Origin: Marsupella aquatica | Lineage: Eukaryota > Plantae > Marchantiophyta | Assembly (NCBI GenBank): GCA_973895155.1 | Contig: OZ316896.1 | Coordinates: 4,841,925 to 4,905,924, forward strand | Reading direction: 5' to 3' | DNA length: 64,000 bases | Part shown: one piece after another, positions 1 through 13,695 of the stretch | Numbering within the stretch: the stretch's first letter is position 1 | Layout: every line of letters starts with the position of its first letter | Translations under genes and position numbers: made by a program | Notes under the pieces: generated by a model | Seen by the model: only the letters and a program-made list of their open reading frames with translations | Database searches by the model: none | What the model was told of the DNA's origin: nothing

Positions 1-1256
1 TAGCGATCTTTGATATTGGTTATTAACAGGCTCAGTCTCATAAACCAGAACTGTACGTACATACGTCTTCTCGGACAAGATTCTGGTTGGTGATCGAGTA
101 AGGATCCCGGTAAGGATTAAGCTTGGCTGACATGATGCAGTTGAATAGTGACTGGCAATTCTCCCAATTAAAAAGTTGGATTTACGTACTTCCAGCTACA
201 GTAGATATATAGGATTCATTGCAAAGGTAGGCCACATAGGATTAAAATTAGAGACCAAATAGAACTGTAACATTAGGCCAGACTAGAATCGTAACGGTAG
301 GTCATAATCCTATCGGTAGGCATACAATTCTCGGGAGGCCATAATCCTATCGGTAACAAATAATTAACCTACATAACCCGTACTCCTTTGCGTGTTACTA
401 GTTTGACGTCGTAAGTCGCACATGCGTATACATGTTAACTATTCGTCATTTCGTAGTAGTTTTAGTTCTGTGGTCAGTAGTCACTCGTCTCGCTGTAATA
501 CTCACTGGTTACCGTGGCTATTTTTGTTGGAAATCACCCGTCAGATCTACTTCTCAATCTTGCCAGTTAGTCGACGTATAGGACAGAACTAGTCCCCTTG
601 AATGACAGCTGGAATTGTTAGGGCATTAGCTCCCGGCGGTGAGTCGCCCGGGCTGTAGGAATCATACATGCATGTATAAGAACCGGGTTCGTGCGGTTCA
701 TTTGATATGTCAATCATATTGTGGCAATTCCAACATGGACAGTATCAGAGCCTGCGGTTCGATCTGATTGGGATCTCGTGTTGCAATAATTGAGATAGTG
801 TTGTAAGTTTCGGTAGAGTTCTGGTTGAGTCACTTAGAATTAACAGTAGCACATGTGCATGTTTCTTTAGTGTAGAACAAGTGAGTACCATTGAAGGTCA
901 TCGAGTTTTAGTATCAAACTAAGTACTGACTCTCTAGAAACACATCTAGGAAGTCCGTGCAGCGATGGCGACCGTCAAAGAGGTTCCAGAGGGTATATAT
1001 GAAACCAGCTGATTCTTCTAACTAATTCTTGATCTGGTCGATGCAACTTTTCAGAAGAGAAAAATTGTGGGCGGCCGTGGACCCCAGCTGCAGCAAAGTC
1101 GCTGCGGTATCTAGTGGAGAGGAGGACTAGCTGACCAGACTTCAACTATACAAGATGCATATATTGACAATAGCACTATTAGAAATACAGCCGCTTTCAG
1201 GTCATTATATATTGACCAAGACCTACTTCTAGAGGCCCAAAAGTTTATACAGTGGA

Positions 1257-2065
1257 GCTCACGTACTGTCCCATCGTTTCCTACCTCAGCCCGAGTGATT
1301 GTGCTTGAGGCTAGCTCTGTAAAATGTGTTAAGCAGCACCAACTCCGGATTTAATTTTGTCTCAGTTTTGTAATAGACATTCACAAGATGACTTGCAACC
1401 TTAATTTTGAATAGCGGGGGCGATCCATTGTGATTTTCAGGTGTGCTTCGCTTTTGATCCAAAGTAAGCACTAAACGTACCCAAATTAATTATCGATCGA
1501 TCAAGTCTATATATGGCTAGAAGAACTGCAGTAGGTACCTGATGGGAAAGAGAGAGCAAAAACAAAACAAGACCAGTGCGAAACAAACGACTGAAATGAA
1601 GAAGCTAGTAAACGGTTGGAAAGTAACAACCTGCAGTCCACCAAGCCACGGAATAGAGCCAACAATACATTAACAAAATTAATGTAGCTAGCGCCGAGAG
1701 AGCTAGGATCAGCAAGAAAATTGTAATATGCGGATGATAGTAACTGATTCTTCCTTACATACTGTGAAAGAACGGGAGGGAAGTACTGAGAATTAGTGGG
1801 AAGATGGAGCGAAGCCCCGGGCACAAACACTGTTATTACGTACGTCCTAGCTAGTGACAAATCGTAACGGACCAGGTAAATGCCAACTAGCTTAGAAGTC
1901 GACTCTGGCTGAAGCTGAAAACCCTAAAAGGGACAGCGGAGTGCTGAACACTGACCACCAATCACTTTAAACACGTGGCATATGTTGAGGAAATGAGAAG
2001 GCTGGTTCGATCAGGCCCAAATTAACCAATCCAACTGACAAAAGACGTACTAGCAATCACTGACT
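1257..2065 (-). repeat. Left arm of a long inverted repeat; inverted, diverged copy of the upstream region and NTF2 N-terminus of the G3BP-like pseudogene
   Basis: The reverse complement aligns by eye to ~2357-3163 (e.g. tcgatcaggcccaaattaaccaat vs attggtttaatttgggcctgatcga). ORF 1286..1471 (-) contains VASHLVNVYY...NPELVL vs VASHFVNVYY...NPELVL in 2925..3266 (+). Confidence 0.9.
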
Positions 2066-2356
2066 ATCCATCGTTGTCGTTTATTTCGATCCATCCATAT
2101 CCATCCATGTATGTGACTCGCTCGTCTGGTCGGGCCTACTGCACGCTATCTATCAAATCACCAGCCGTACAACCTTAGAGTTAATCTGCTAGATCTGTGT
2201 CGCTCTCCCTCTATTTCAACCTGTCTTGGGCCGGGCTCATCCAATCTAAAATATATCTGACAGCTTTGACCAGAACCATTTATAATCGTTAATTAGTCAG
2301 GTCAGCTGGGCCTCCGGTTAGCCGTGGCTCCGATCCTGGTACGTTAGACATTTTAC

Positions 2357-3163
2357 AGTCGGTGATTGCTAGACGTCTTTCGTCAGTGAGATTGGTTTAA
2401 TTTGGGCCTGATCGATCGAACCAACCATCTCATCTCCTCAACATATATATGCCACGTGTTTCAAAGTGATTGGTGGCCAGTGTTCAGCGCTCCACCTGAA
2501 CTTGTCCCGTTAAGGGTTTTCAGGCAGTGTCAACTTCTAGGTTGCCATGTACGTACCTGGTCCGTTACAATTTGTCACTAGCTAGCACGTACCAACAGGG
2601 TTTGTCCCCCGGGTCATTCTCCATACTTCCCTCCCGTCCTTTCACAGTATTTAAGGAAGAATCAGGTACTATCATCCGCATATTCCAAATCTTGTTCTTG
2701 TTGATCCTAGCTCTCTCGGCGCTACATTTTGTTGTTGGCTCTAGCTATTCCGTGGCTTGGTGGACTGGTTGTTACTTTCCAACCCTTTAATTTACTAGCT
2801 TCTTCCTTTCACTCGTTTGTCTTCGCACTGGTATATATACAGGTTTAGTTTTGTTTTTGCTCTCTCTTTCCCCGGCCATCACCTACTGCAGTTCTTCTAG
2901 CCATATATAGACTCGATCGCTTGGGTGCGTTTAGTGCTTACTTTGGATCACTTCAAAAGCGAAGCACACGTACCTGAAAATCGCAATGGAACCTCGCTCT
3001 TTGTGGGTGCACCCGCTATTCAACAGGTTGCAAGTCATTTTGTGAATGTCTATTACACAACTTTGAGACAAAATCCGGAGTTGGTGCTTATCACATTTTA
3101 CAGAGCCACAAGCACAATCACTCGGGCTGAGGTAGGAAGCGATAGATGTCAGTACATGATCTC
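2357..3163 (+). repeat. Right arm of the long inverted repeat (spacer ~290 bp)
   Basis: Colinear reverse-complement similarity with 1257-2065, with small indels. Confidence 0.9.
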
Positions 3164-4542
3164 GAGAATAAGCTCAAGACTACCGATTTTGGCGGCTACT
3201 TTTATACGGATATCTTCACTGTGGACTCTCAAAAATCCCTCATGGGGGGAATACTTGTCAACGTGACAGGCTCAACTTCCATGGGGCATAAGAAAAGAAG
3301 GGGTTTTGTTCAAACCTTCTTCTTGGTCCCTCAAGAGGTAGGATACTTTGTCCAAAATGACATCTTCCGTTACCTGGACAGGGAAGAGTACTCTGAGACA
3401 ATGAGCTTCGAGCCCGCAGCAGCTGATGACTCTGTTGTCTTCCTCTACCCAGAATACCCGGAATCAGGTTCCTCTTTGTCTCCCAAGCTCCAAGATCAAG
3501 AAGTCAATGCGACGCTTATGGTGGACAAAAGTCATAAGTCAAGGGACAATGCAACCCCCCCACCCTGGGTGAAAGTAGTGGTGGAAGAAATTGTGGGCAC
3601 TGAGCAGGAAGTGTCACCATTAATCTCTACACCAGATGTGGAGGTTGGGGTGAAGGAAACCGTTAGCTTAGTGGGCGCCGAGCAGGAGGCCGGGCTAGAA
3701 TTAAGGGTGCCAGCATCTACACCAGAGATGGAGCTTGCCGCAGAGGAAATAGTCAGGTCGGTGAAAATTGAGAAGGAGAAGGGAACAACCTCTCCAACAG
3801 AGGTCAAGCTTGTAGCCAAGGAAGTCATTACTTCAGCTGGCCACGAGCAAGAAACGACAACAACCTGCAGTACGTCAGACCTCAGTCTGGTGGCTGCAAT
3901 GCAAGGTCTACCACCTGAAGAAGATAATATCCAAGAATCAGGGACGCCATTGCAGATTACCGTTATTGACGAGCAGTTCATCCCAGTTATGGTCCCTGAT
4001 CCCTCAGCTGATCAGACGTTGGAAGAAGTTCCAAAGAGATTTGACCATTCTTGGAGCTATGCATCTGTTTTAAGGGTGAAGGAGGTTGCAAGATCTACTT
4101 TCCCAAGCACCCCATCAGCTACTTCGTCGACATCTACCACAGGACCCCGAGTGCATCACTCTCAAGCTTCACATTCGCATCTTCCCAGAGTCTTCACCAC
4201 TTCCCAGCGTCTGCTCGACAAGTTGAAGAAAATTTCGTCTTCTGCCGTTGATGAACAGACTGTCTATATCAAGAATCTGCCAGTAGGCACCTCCACTTCT
4301 GAGTTGGAAGTCGAACTTAGACAGTTTGGCTCATAAACGCTGGAGGGGTGACCCTAAAGGGCCAAAACGATGGAGTATGCTATGCATTTGCTCAGTTCAA
4401 AGATAGTGCTTCGGCCAATGCTGCAATTGAGTCGTCACCTATATCCTTTGGTGGCCGTCCTGTTTACATTTGCAAGAAGAGATCAGCGTCCAGAACAGAA
4501 GGGGTCAGGCCTGGTCATGGCCCCGGAAGAAGGGGGCAGTGA
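2985..4542 (+). pseudogene. Intronless NTF2 + RRM (G3BP/Rasputin-like) pseudogene
   Basis: NTF2 motifs QQVASHFVNVYY..LRQNPEL and VDSQKSLMGGILVNVTG..FVQTFFLVPQEVGYFVQNDIFRYL; RRM TVYIKNLP..ELRQFG / YAFAQFKD..AAIESSPISFGGRPVYI. Frameshifts at ~3145 and ~4332 split the frame into three ORFs. The start coordinate is approximate. Confidence 0.85.
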
Positions 4543-5449
4543 TTAATTTGGTCTTTTGATCGAGTCGCGGGTAGGCAGGGCCAGGTTACCTTTCTGCAGC
4601 TTCTGGAGTTGCCTTTGGAAAAGTTTGACGTGAGAAAAAGTCGGGGAAAAAGTAGCCAAGGCTACGTACTGGTATCCAACATTTGACTTGGAAGCAGCTA
4701 ATCGATCCAATGCATAGTGGCCGAGGTGGCTTTGAGATGAGTGATATCCCAGCCAATGATCTTCTATTCATGGACGTCACTACGTACTGTAGGTAGAGGG
4801 TTGCAATTTTTTGGATTAGAATTGGCAATGCGGCTCAAGCTAGTCCTCAACAAATCCAGCATGTATGTTGCTTTAGTTTAGGACAGCTAGCTTTCAAAGT
4901 TTTGTAAATATAATATTGATCAAGCATATATGAAGCTAGCTGTAACGGCTGCTGATCAACGTCCATGAGTAATCTTTTCTTTTCCCTGGTTTTTGTACGT
5001 GATTTGTGTGGTATCAATTTGGTCCTTTCAAATTGGCCATCTGGTGCGGAAACAGTAGAGGATATAATTTCTGGCAGAACCGTAATTCAAGCTAGATTGT
5101 AGGAATTCCAAGTTCATAGAGACGCGGCATTGAGGCTGATTGTAAACGATCCTAACAACCCTAAACCGTTTCATTATGAGCCAAGAATGAAAGCCTATAA
5201 GATGTGGCCATGCTCAGGTTTGTTGTAAAATAAGAAAAGAATGTATTTATTTAAGTTTAGTACTTTTCAGTCAAAGTTCCCAAAAGATGGCCCCTTCACG
5301 TGTCTAACATGGGGCAAACGCTACAAGAAATATATGTTCAGGACGGTTATCCTGCATTCTTCTGGCAGTTATATATTAGTTTACTTTGTGTTTCCTATTC
5401 GTACTGAACATATACAAGTACGTACGTACGTACAGGTCTGATTTAAATA

Positions 5450-6498
5450 AAGGTTTGAATAAACATTGCAGCAAGCGTTCCTAGGTTAATTTTTGCAAGA
5501 CAATATACGTACTTCAATACTTGAGCAAAATACTCTTAATCCCATGGGATCAATATTTATATGCATGTCCCAAAATTCCGCCTGGACAGCCTGGTGGCTG
5601 CGAAAACTCCTTCAGATCATCTTTAACCGATATTTCAATTTATTGGAATCGTCTAAGTAGAGTCCACTAAATACTAATTATTCTTTTTTCCAGAAAATAA
5701 TGCAATGTTAACTTACACCTCTACTGGTTTTGTTTTCGAATTTAAAAAATAATGTATACTCAAGCACTCTAAAATATCTTTTGGTCTGGAAATGACAGGT
5801 TTTTTTAAGTCAGGAACTTAAATTTTTCAAGTAGCATTTGCAAGCTAACTCTCTAAGTTTGACTGAAATGTGTTGTAATTGCTGAAGCGAGTTGCTGGCT
5901 ATCTAGTCACGATCATCATCCCAGCAATTACCATCCCAGCAATTAGTTATTATTCACTACATCCAAGCTCCCACTTGACGAATATACATTGACAACCATA
6001 GATACTAGATAGTGTGCCCGTTAAGGAAAGTCTTGGGGCACATTCCAAAGCCCCCTTTTTACTTCACTCGTCTCATCCTCGATTAAACTTCGTTCCCACA
6101 GAAGTCATAGTTTGCAATCCAATTTATAGAGACAACCTCAAAATTCTAAACAGCTGGCCTCTGGATATCTTTCATATGAGTATTTTCGATTTAAGTGGCG
6201 ATTTGAATGAAACATTGCTGCAAGCGTTTGCTCGATTTTGGAGGTAAACTTCAATGTATAGATAAATTATACATAATCCCATGGGATCGTTAAATGTCCT
6301 AAGATTCCTAGTAGCGGTTTGAATGAAACATTGCAGCAAGCGTTGCTCGATTTTGAGGCACACTTCAATGTTTAAATAAATTACACATAATCCCATGGGA
6401 TCGTTAAATGTCCTAAGATTCCGCCTGGACAGCCTAGCGGCTGCGAAAACACCTTCATCTTTAAACAGTATTTAAATTTCTTGTAATCCTCTCAGTAG
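5450..6498 (+). repeat. Three related copies of a ~115-200 bp unit (~5450-5660, ~6200-6308, ~6315-6498)
   Basis: All three share tttgaat(g)aaacattgc(a/t)gcaagcgtt...taatcccatgggatc; the first and third also share attccgcctggacagcct..ggctgcgaaaac. Confidence 0.8.
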
Positions 6499-6774
6499 AA
6501 ACATCTCCAATATCTTGCGAAGTACAGCAGAGTCCAAGGATCTGAGTGGCTGCAAAAGCCATCGCTTAGTAACTCAAATATCATTTACACGGGGCTTTGT
6601 CAAGTATAGGGTGTCAGACGTTCTTGTCCAGTGGGTGGCAAAATTTGTCCACCAACACCTTTCTGCTGACAAAGGATGGCTGATAATCCTGTACTTTATA
6701 AGAAACTACATGAGGAGAACTGAAACTTGGTATCTAACTCAATCACTGACGACTAAAGTAGCAGCAAACACGCA

Positions 6775-9700
6775 TCAATCAATTGGATGCTTATCACTCC
6801 GTTGTGAAGTGTAACGAGCTGTGATGTGAAGTACTGACACAAGTGCACTGGCAACAAAGATCGCATCAAACCACCTATGATAAAAATCAAATTGAATATC
6901 CCCACCCAGGACGTCTGTGATTAAGGATCTGCGATGCAAAGCGACATTCTTCATGTTAGATGCAAGTGTATTTTGACAATCTTATGCATCCAGAATTATG
7001 AGCGGTTCTGCAGGAGTAAATTTAAGATATGGTCATTACATCCACAATACCTGTATTCCATGGCAAGACTCTTTCTGATGAGCAAAATGGATGATAGGAA
7101 ATACATTCCCATGATTTCAGATAGGAAAAGCACGACATTGCTTGTACTTCCACTTCCTCCCCCAGAGACTGCAAAGAAGAACTGCAAGAAGCAGTATCAC
7201 AAGCTATAAATACTCATCTAAGTGAATGTAAGTATACGCCCCAAAAGACTTTCGGAGACAACAACCTTATGGTTTCACGGTTTGCAGAGCGTCAGACCAA
7301 GGAATTGCAGTAAACAAGACAAAAAGGAAATGACAAATTTGGTATCCAAAGACAATCTGACCTTCATGAGGTTGAAAAGAAACCCTCTCAAAGACATGGC
7401 AATCAACATGCCTATGAAGATGAGTGAAACGTACTACAACGGCAATGCCCACACCACAAGTTAGTGGTACTACAACAAAACAGGGTAAGACGTAATATCA
7501 CTAGAAACCTCTACTACCTTTCACAAAGGTTTGCTACTGAGGGTATCAGCACCATTCTCCAGGAACTAGAAACACTGACACTAATTCACATCTGAAGGGA
7601 TGAACAAGATAATGGTCTCTGAAGTTTCAAATCTAAAACAGAAAGTAGAATGAGAGGTACCTGAGACCATAAATTGAAGTTGATACCAATGTCAAAAAAC
7701 TGGAAAAATATACTGATAGTTTGTGTCACTGGATCCACACTAGTTGACTGCAAACATTGATCATACGATCCGGACTTAAAAGTGAGGAAAACTCGTCCAA
7801 CAGCCAGAAAATAGATCAGCCATGAGATTACCCCAAATGGCACTTCAATCCATTGAGATCGCAATTAGCTGGACTTACTATTAGTTTGTGATATAAAAGT
7901 TTGACAACCGTTTATGACCTCGAGGGAAATCAACTAGCACCACATACCTCAGCGAAGATTACACTCTGTGCTGACTGCAACATACGAATTTAACATCAGT
8001 AATCACTTTGTGTTCCTGAACTCTCAGTCTGTTTGAGTCTTCACATATCAGTTCAAAGCGTGATTTCATGCGAATTTCTTCCATAAAGCTGTGCATCAGT
8101 CACTGCATATACTGTAATAAAACAACATGAATGTACATTATGATGATCCAAGGATATCAATTACGCGAGCAATGTACGGGGCTTAGCTGTAAGATGAAAC
8201 ATACGGAAGCTTACCTTCAGCATTTTGTAGACACAATACACTGAAAAAATGTAACCTAAAAAGTTGTTGACATGGCCTCTCCAAGTTCTGGAAAACATAG
8301 CTGCCTCCTGTACACGAAATACAGTAAAAAACTTACGAGATCAATTCAATATTCCAAGATCCAACAGAAGGATTATCCGGTCTATCATCAAAGCTCTCTA
8401 CCATAATGACTGAAGCCATCAACATATCTTATGACATCTAGCTTAATTAAGCTGATTGACAACAATCATAATTTGCCAGGACTTATAATTACGATACGGT
8501 TGATGGCTCCTGATGCATTCATTTGTCATTGATTCTTTCCAAAAGACTTCGAAGCCTGTTCCACACAAGTCTTCGATAACTTGCAAATATCTTTCTACAG
8601 TAGGAGGGTAATTTTGAATGGACAATTCATTACTAACCAATTGAAAAAGCTTTCAATATCTTTTCCTTTTGCTCTGATCCATAAATTCCAAGGAATTGGA
8701 CACCTTTAATAACATCTCTATTCCCGTATCACGTATCCAAGCGTCAGCGAACATCATATTGGCTCACCAACCTTTGCTTTGACCTATTTCTCACAAATAC
8801 ACGAAGAAGTATCAACGATTTGCATGTTGTACTTTCTATCAGCTTTAGTGAACACAAATAACAGAGTCCAGTGCAAACCTTCGCTTGACGAAGTTCAAAG
8901 ATTTCAAGGAATAGATGCCTCGACAGCTCCTCTAACGCCTGAACCTCTTCCTGATTGACTCTTATTTCTGTACAAAGGACAAGGAAGCTAAGAAACAATT
9001 AGTAGCAGGCACTAACATAGAAGAGCAAACCCATTAGCGATTTTCACGGAGCACACCCAAAAACAAGTATAGCCTAAGTGACTAGGTCACAACATCATGT
9101 ACCTTGCTCACGATCATCTTCATGTACAGTCCGCACAACTGTCCCAACCACTCTTGTCATGAAGGACTTGGATTCAGCACGCTGAATTGACGACAAGAGT
9201 CAAAGTAGGGACTCAGAAGCCGGAAGAAACAGGGTTTAGGCTGCCCTTCTCAGTCTATAGCAAAAGCCTAATTAGATGAAGGCATCCCTTGGCTCCTATG
9301 ACACCTTGAGCAATGGTCAAAATCAGAACTTCTATCACAATCAAAATTTCAGCTGAACAGACAATCGTATACCTGCGTGGATTCTTGATGAGAGACCATA
9401 TCTTTGCGTGATAGGAGAATCTTTTTCTTTTTGCTGATAGTCATCTCATATGCATGCAGTAATCGCCTCTCCAAAGCATGAATGTCCACTTCATCAATTT
9501 CCCTGTCAATGAGCCGATGAGAAACTACGTGATGTACTTCAGACTCTTGCACCACCAGCCTAAGCTCAAATATGAGGAATTCTGAAGCACGGCTTCATCT
9601 TATTAACACCGTTGCACTAAAATACCCCATCGAGGAGTTCCTCGTGGCTCATGTGTGGATCTCCTGGAGTGTGAACAATGGACTTCAACGAAACATCTTC

Positions 9701-12168
9701 TTGCCAGCAGACACTTCTGGAAATATGAAGGCTTGATCCAAAATTACACCTCTCCTCAAAAGTCCAAAGTCCGAAAATACCGACACTCGGATTCAACAGA
9801 TGTAACTATCCAAACCAAATGGCATTTGATCGCGTCATGTCAGTGATTTTACTGAGAAGTACAAACCTGGTGAAGAGTGACAAATAGCTATAAGGTAACG
9901 TGATTGCTCCATATCCCGATAGCACCGCCATGAGGGAAACACCAATGACTCCAAGCCGGCTGACTAGCTGTGCCATTGTGAAAAATCCTGATTATTAGAC
10001 ATTTTCCATCAGTCAATGATGGTCTATCTGTAAATTGCCACACAAAAAGGTCGGAGCAAATTCCGGTCGTCAAACTAACAAGTTCCGAATGAAGATCTAC
10101 AAGAGAATCGTCTTACAAAAGTCACCCTACTAAGACTACTTACTCTCTCCTCTCGCTCATGCTTACGAGTCAAGTTATCCACTACGAAAAACTATCTTCT
10201 TAATGAACATGACAAGAATAGCCGATGACCCCACAATTCACAGCGAATCCTCCACTGTTGCATAGACTGACGAGTCAAGATACCAGGTCAGTCAATCTAC
10301 CTCTTTTGATACACAATGAGAAGAAAATATGGTCCTACAATTACCACCTGACTTCTTATTCTCCAACTTCTATTCTGACGGACAAGCGAGATATCAGATC
10401 AATTAAAACTGTCCAGATGAAGAACAAAGGTAGACGATAGACTCATTTCCTTCACCACAATCTTGACTTTTTGTTTTCCATAGACTAACTCAGGTATTGG
10501 TCTAACCTTTCTCTGGAGATGGCATGGGAAAGTGTATCCCCATCCTCCAAAACGCATACAAGAAAGCTATTAGGAAGATCACTCCACTGACTGCGGCACG
10601 CTTTCTGCCCATACCTGCAAAAGACGGTATTGTGTCAAAGGCTGGGATGATCCCATCAGAGCATTTGCCGGAGAAAGCAACGAACATAAGCTGATCGTGA
10701 ACATAGACGACCTCCCGGCCCATTGCCCATGTATTCCTACAAACATTGGTCCACTGCCAGATCCCTTGGATCTTAGCGAGAATTGCGTTTCAGAAAACCA
10801 AGTTAAAGGCCACTAGAAGCCCCATGCGCTTAATAAAAGCGATCAACACCGGGACCAGGTCGCAGTGGGCACCCAGAACAGTTCGAATTTTCGGCACATC
10901 TTCGAATCGGAGCGAATCCTTCAAAGCAAGGCAAAAGCTACGTAGCTAAATTTCGAAGTTCCAATTATATAGACCAGTCAATCAGGGATTAACCTTTCCC
11001 TGAAGCCGTTAGCACATTCATGTCTTGACCTAGATTTCGCATAGCAACCTCTTCGAACGCAATGCGTACTAGGATGACAGGAATAACAACCTTAGGTGGC
11101 CAATGAAGCTTAGGGTTTTTCCTTGTCTGTGCTTTCCTAAAAGTAGGGCCACTATTAAGTGAGAGAGAAAAAATAAAGTAATGCCGACAGGTTCCTTGAC
11201 GCAGCAGAGAGCATCGGAGATACTTCATGTAGATAAATATTGTAAGTTTGATGAACCAAATACCCTAGGTTGACAGGACTGAAAAAAGACAAGGGAAACT
11301 ACAAGGATGTTGCTGTCGGAGCCCAAAGTTCTGCGAGAGAGGGAACATGGAGGAAAAAGAACCGCTTACTGTTGTTACGCAGTATCAGGTAGCAGTGGTA
11401 GTAAGGAAGAACAAAGACGAGCAACGTCACGAGACAAAATAAATCAAGCTGCCAATTTATTCGGCGGGCCCTGCAAAACGTTCACCGAAATCAAGTCAAT
11501 CATTCGATAAGTCGATAAGTCGATAAACCGATAACGAAGGATACGGACTTTCAGCCGCCAGAGCAACAGCGCTGCATCTTTTGACTCGTACAAGCAAAAA
11601 CAATCAGACGAAAGGGGACTAGACAACTAGGATCTCACACGATCTTATTAAGCATCGGCAATTTTGACATCGTTTCAACACGACAGCTAAGTTGATGTCC
11701 AGTTCTTATGCTTGCTGTTTGTTTGAGCGAGCAACTTCTACCCAGACCTCTAGGCAACCATGCAGAGAAGCCTGCCATATAGTTATGTTTCCATGTTTTC
11801 CACCCCGGAGCATTTCTCCGACTCCTGAATCCTAACAAATTCTCAGTGCCACGGCACGATGTGACGAGGTCCGTATGCTTCATGACCATAAAATTCCGTC
11901 CCCTCACGGAATGCACATCATAAACTATCAAAGAGAACCACTTCAATGCGTACCTCAGAGAAAGCACAGGAATTATCTCAAATAAGACGAGCTGCAGCAT
12001 GTTGCAGGAAAAGGCAAACACGACACTGAATAAAATTTGCACCAGCGCACGCTTTTCCTCATACTCTTTGTAAAGTTTCCTGTTCAAGAACCAGAGTCCC
12101 GACCAGCCAAGCCCTAGCAGAGACGTGACGACTACTAGACAATCGAACAACATTATTCCGAGCCCCAT
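6775..12168 (-). CDS. GTG1: GPCR-type G protein (GTG/COLD1/GPR89 family), ~14 coding exons
   Basis: Spliced exons with GT-AG borders: 12168-11954 ([31 protein letters not shown]), 11470-11370 ([17 protein letters not shown]), 10614-10507 ([15 protein letters not shown]), ~9988-9866 ([13 protein letters not shown]), ~9503-9373, ~9183-9102, ~8968-8878, ~8308-8216, 7974-7948, ~7747-7661 (VDPVT..IF), 7433-7362, ~7181-7051 ([20 protein letters not shown]), ~6928-6775 ([23 protein letters not shown]). That is 13 exons traced; one further small exon is not excluded. Confidence 0.95.
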
Positions 12169-13559
12169 CCCTTCAGTCGAGGGTCAATCTGAAAAAAAAT
12201 TCAGCTATTCCTTCCCTACTTCACGTCACCCACTTCAAATTACGTATCCTGCTCTCCATCCTCCTAAATTTCACCCCCCTTCTCAGCTAATTCGTGTTTC
12301 CTTCCGCCACTCTGCACATTGTAGTTGGAATTGTTTCTTCCCACTTTTTATCCTGCGCTGGCAGAACGGGTCCCAAATCCATCATCAATCCCAATACTTC
12401 AATCCCATCCAGCACACTTCCATTTCGCCCTGGAATCCACAGATCCTCTCGAATGTCCACCCCAAGTTTCACTCCACTTCTCCCAAGCCATCACCGCAGA
12501 AGCTTTCGGAAATCACCCAACATGCGCAGCGGCATTCTTCCATCATTCATCCCGCTTGATTCCACCATCCGCCCTCTCTTCCTTCAGCACTGTGCTGAAT
12601 CGCAATGCAGCCAGATCTGAAACCCACCAATGAACACGGGATTCCGCAACACTTTCCCAGCCCGTCACTCAACTCACTCACCTCGCAGGCACTCCACCTG
12701 ACAATCACTGCACTACTACTGCAGTGGGACGCAGAGCGCGACAGAGTTTACTTTAATGTCTGACGCCATCAGATCCAAACTTCCAGCCCGACCGAGGGAC
12801 TTCAATAATGGTAGGTTGTGCCAAACCTGTTCATCTACTACTCTTACCTCTACTACTGCTACACTACTCAGTCCTTATACAGCAGAACGATCCAGGCACG
12901 CAAGCGACGGTGACTTTCTTCCGCCGTCCGCAGATCGATGATTAACAAGGAGCGACACTTTCTTCGAAGAGGCTACTGTAAAATTAAAACACTCCCCATT
13001 CGAGAACTGCCCCATCGCCAACTGTCTCTAAAAGCCTGGCGAAAACTCCGATACAACTGCAGTAAACTTGTCTCGTACTGCACCCGTACTCCTCCAGGGC
13101 CCATGTCAGCAGGACTCGACTCGAGAATGGAGCCGCTCCAGCAGGCTGTGCCCAGTGCCCGGCCCCCCGCCCGGGTCGGCCTTGGGCCTTGACGCCTTCT
13201 GTTGCCTTGCAGTTGACCCGCGCCCGCGACTCTCGGAAGAGCCTCGACCCAGGGCGATTCTTGATTGACACCCCGCTTTTCCTGCGCGACTGCCTTTCCG
13301 GCGCTTTCTGCGGACAAGCAAAAACCACTTCCCCGCATCTGGCCCGTGCCATTATCGCCGCGAAAAGACATTCCCGGCGCCGGGAACAGCAACAGCGTGG
13401 TTGATCGCTTGGCGCTTTGGCCTACATTTTTTAAATCGAGCGAAATTCCAAGGGTCGTAATATGATTACGCGAACACCGGCTCCGGTCTGGCCACCGTCA
13501 GGGCGTACCGGCGCACTTGAAAACTCGCACAGCGGGCTTGCGGGAGAGGGTCTGAGCCG

Positions 13560-13695
13560 TCGATGGAGGAGATGGACGGGCCGACCGGCGGGCGGGCGGG
13601 CACGCACGAGCACGGGCGGGGAGGGAGCGGGGCGGGTGACTGGCGGGTGACGGTGGGGTGACGGGCGCTAGCGGGTGGCTGACTGGCGGGGACGA
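13560..13695 (+). promoter_or_regulatory. G-rich GGGC/GGCGGG tract (G-quadruplex-prone) between the divergent GTG and ARID genes
   Basis: Many GGG runs (ggcgggcgggcgggcac...gggcggggagggagcggggcggg). Function is inferred from position only. Confidence 0.4.

Noticed and set aside
225-356. Degenerate ~20-bp repeats (taggcca.. / cataatcctatcggta x2)
   Set aside because: Too short and degenerate to assign; probably local slippage.
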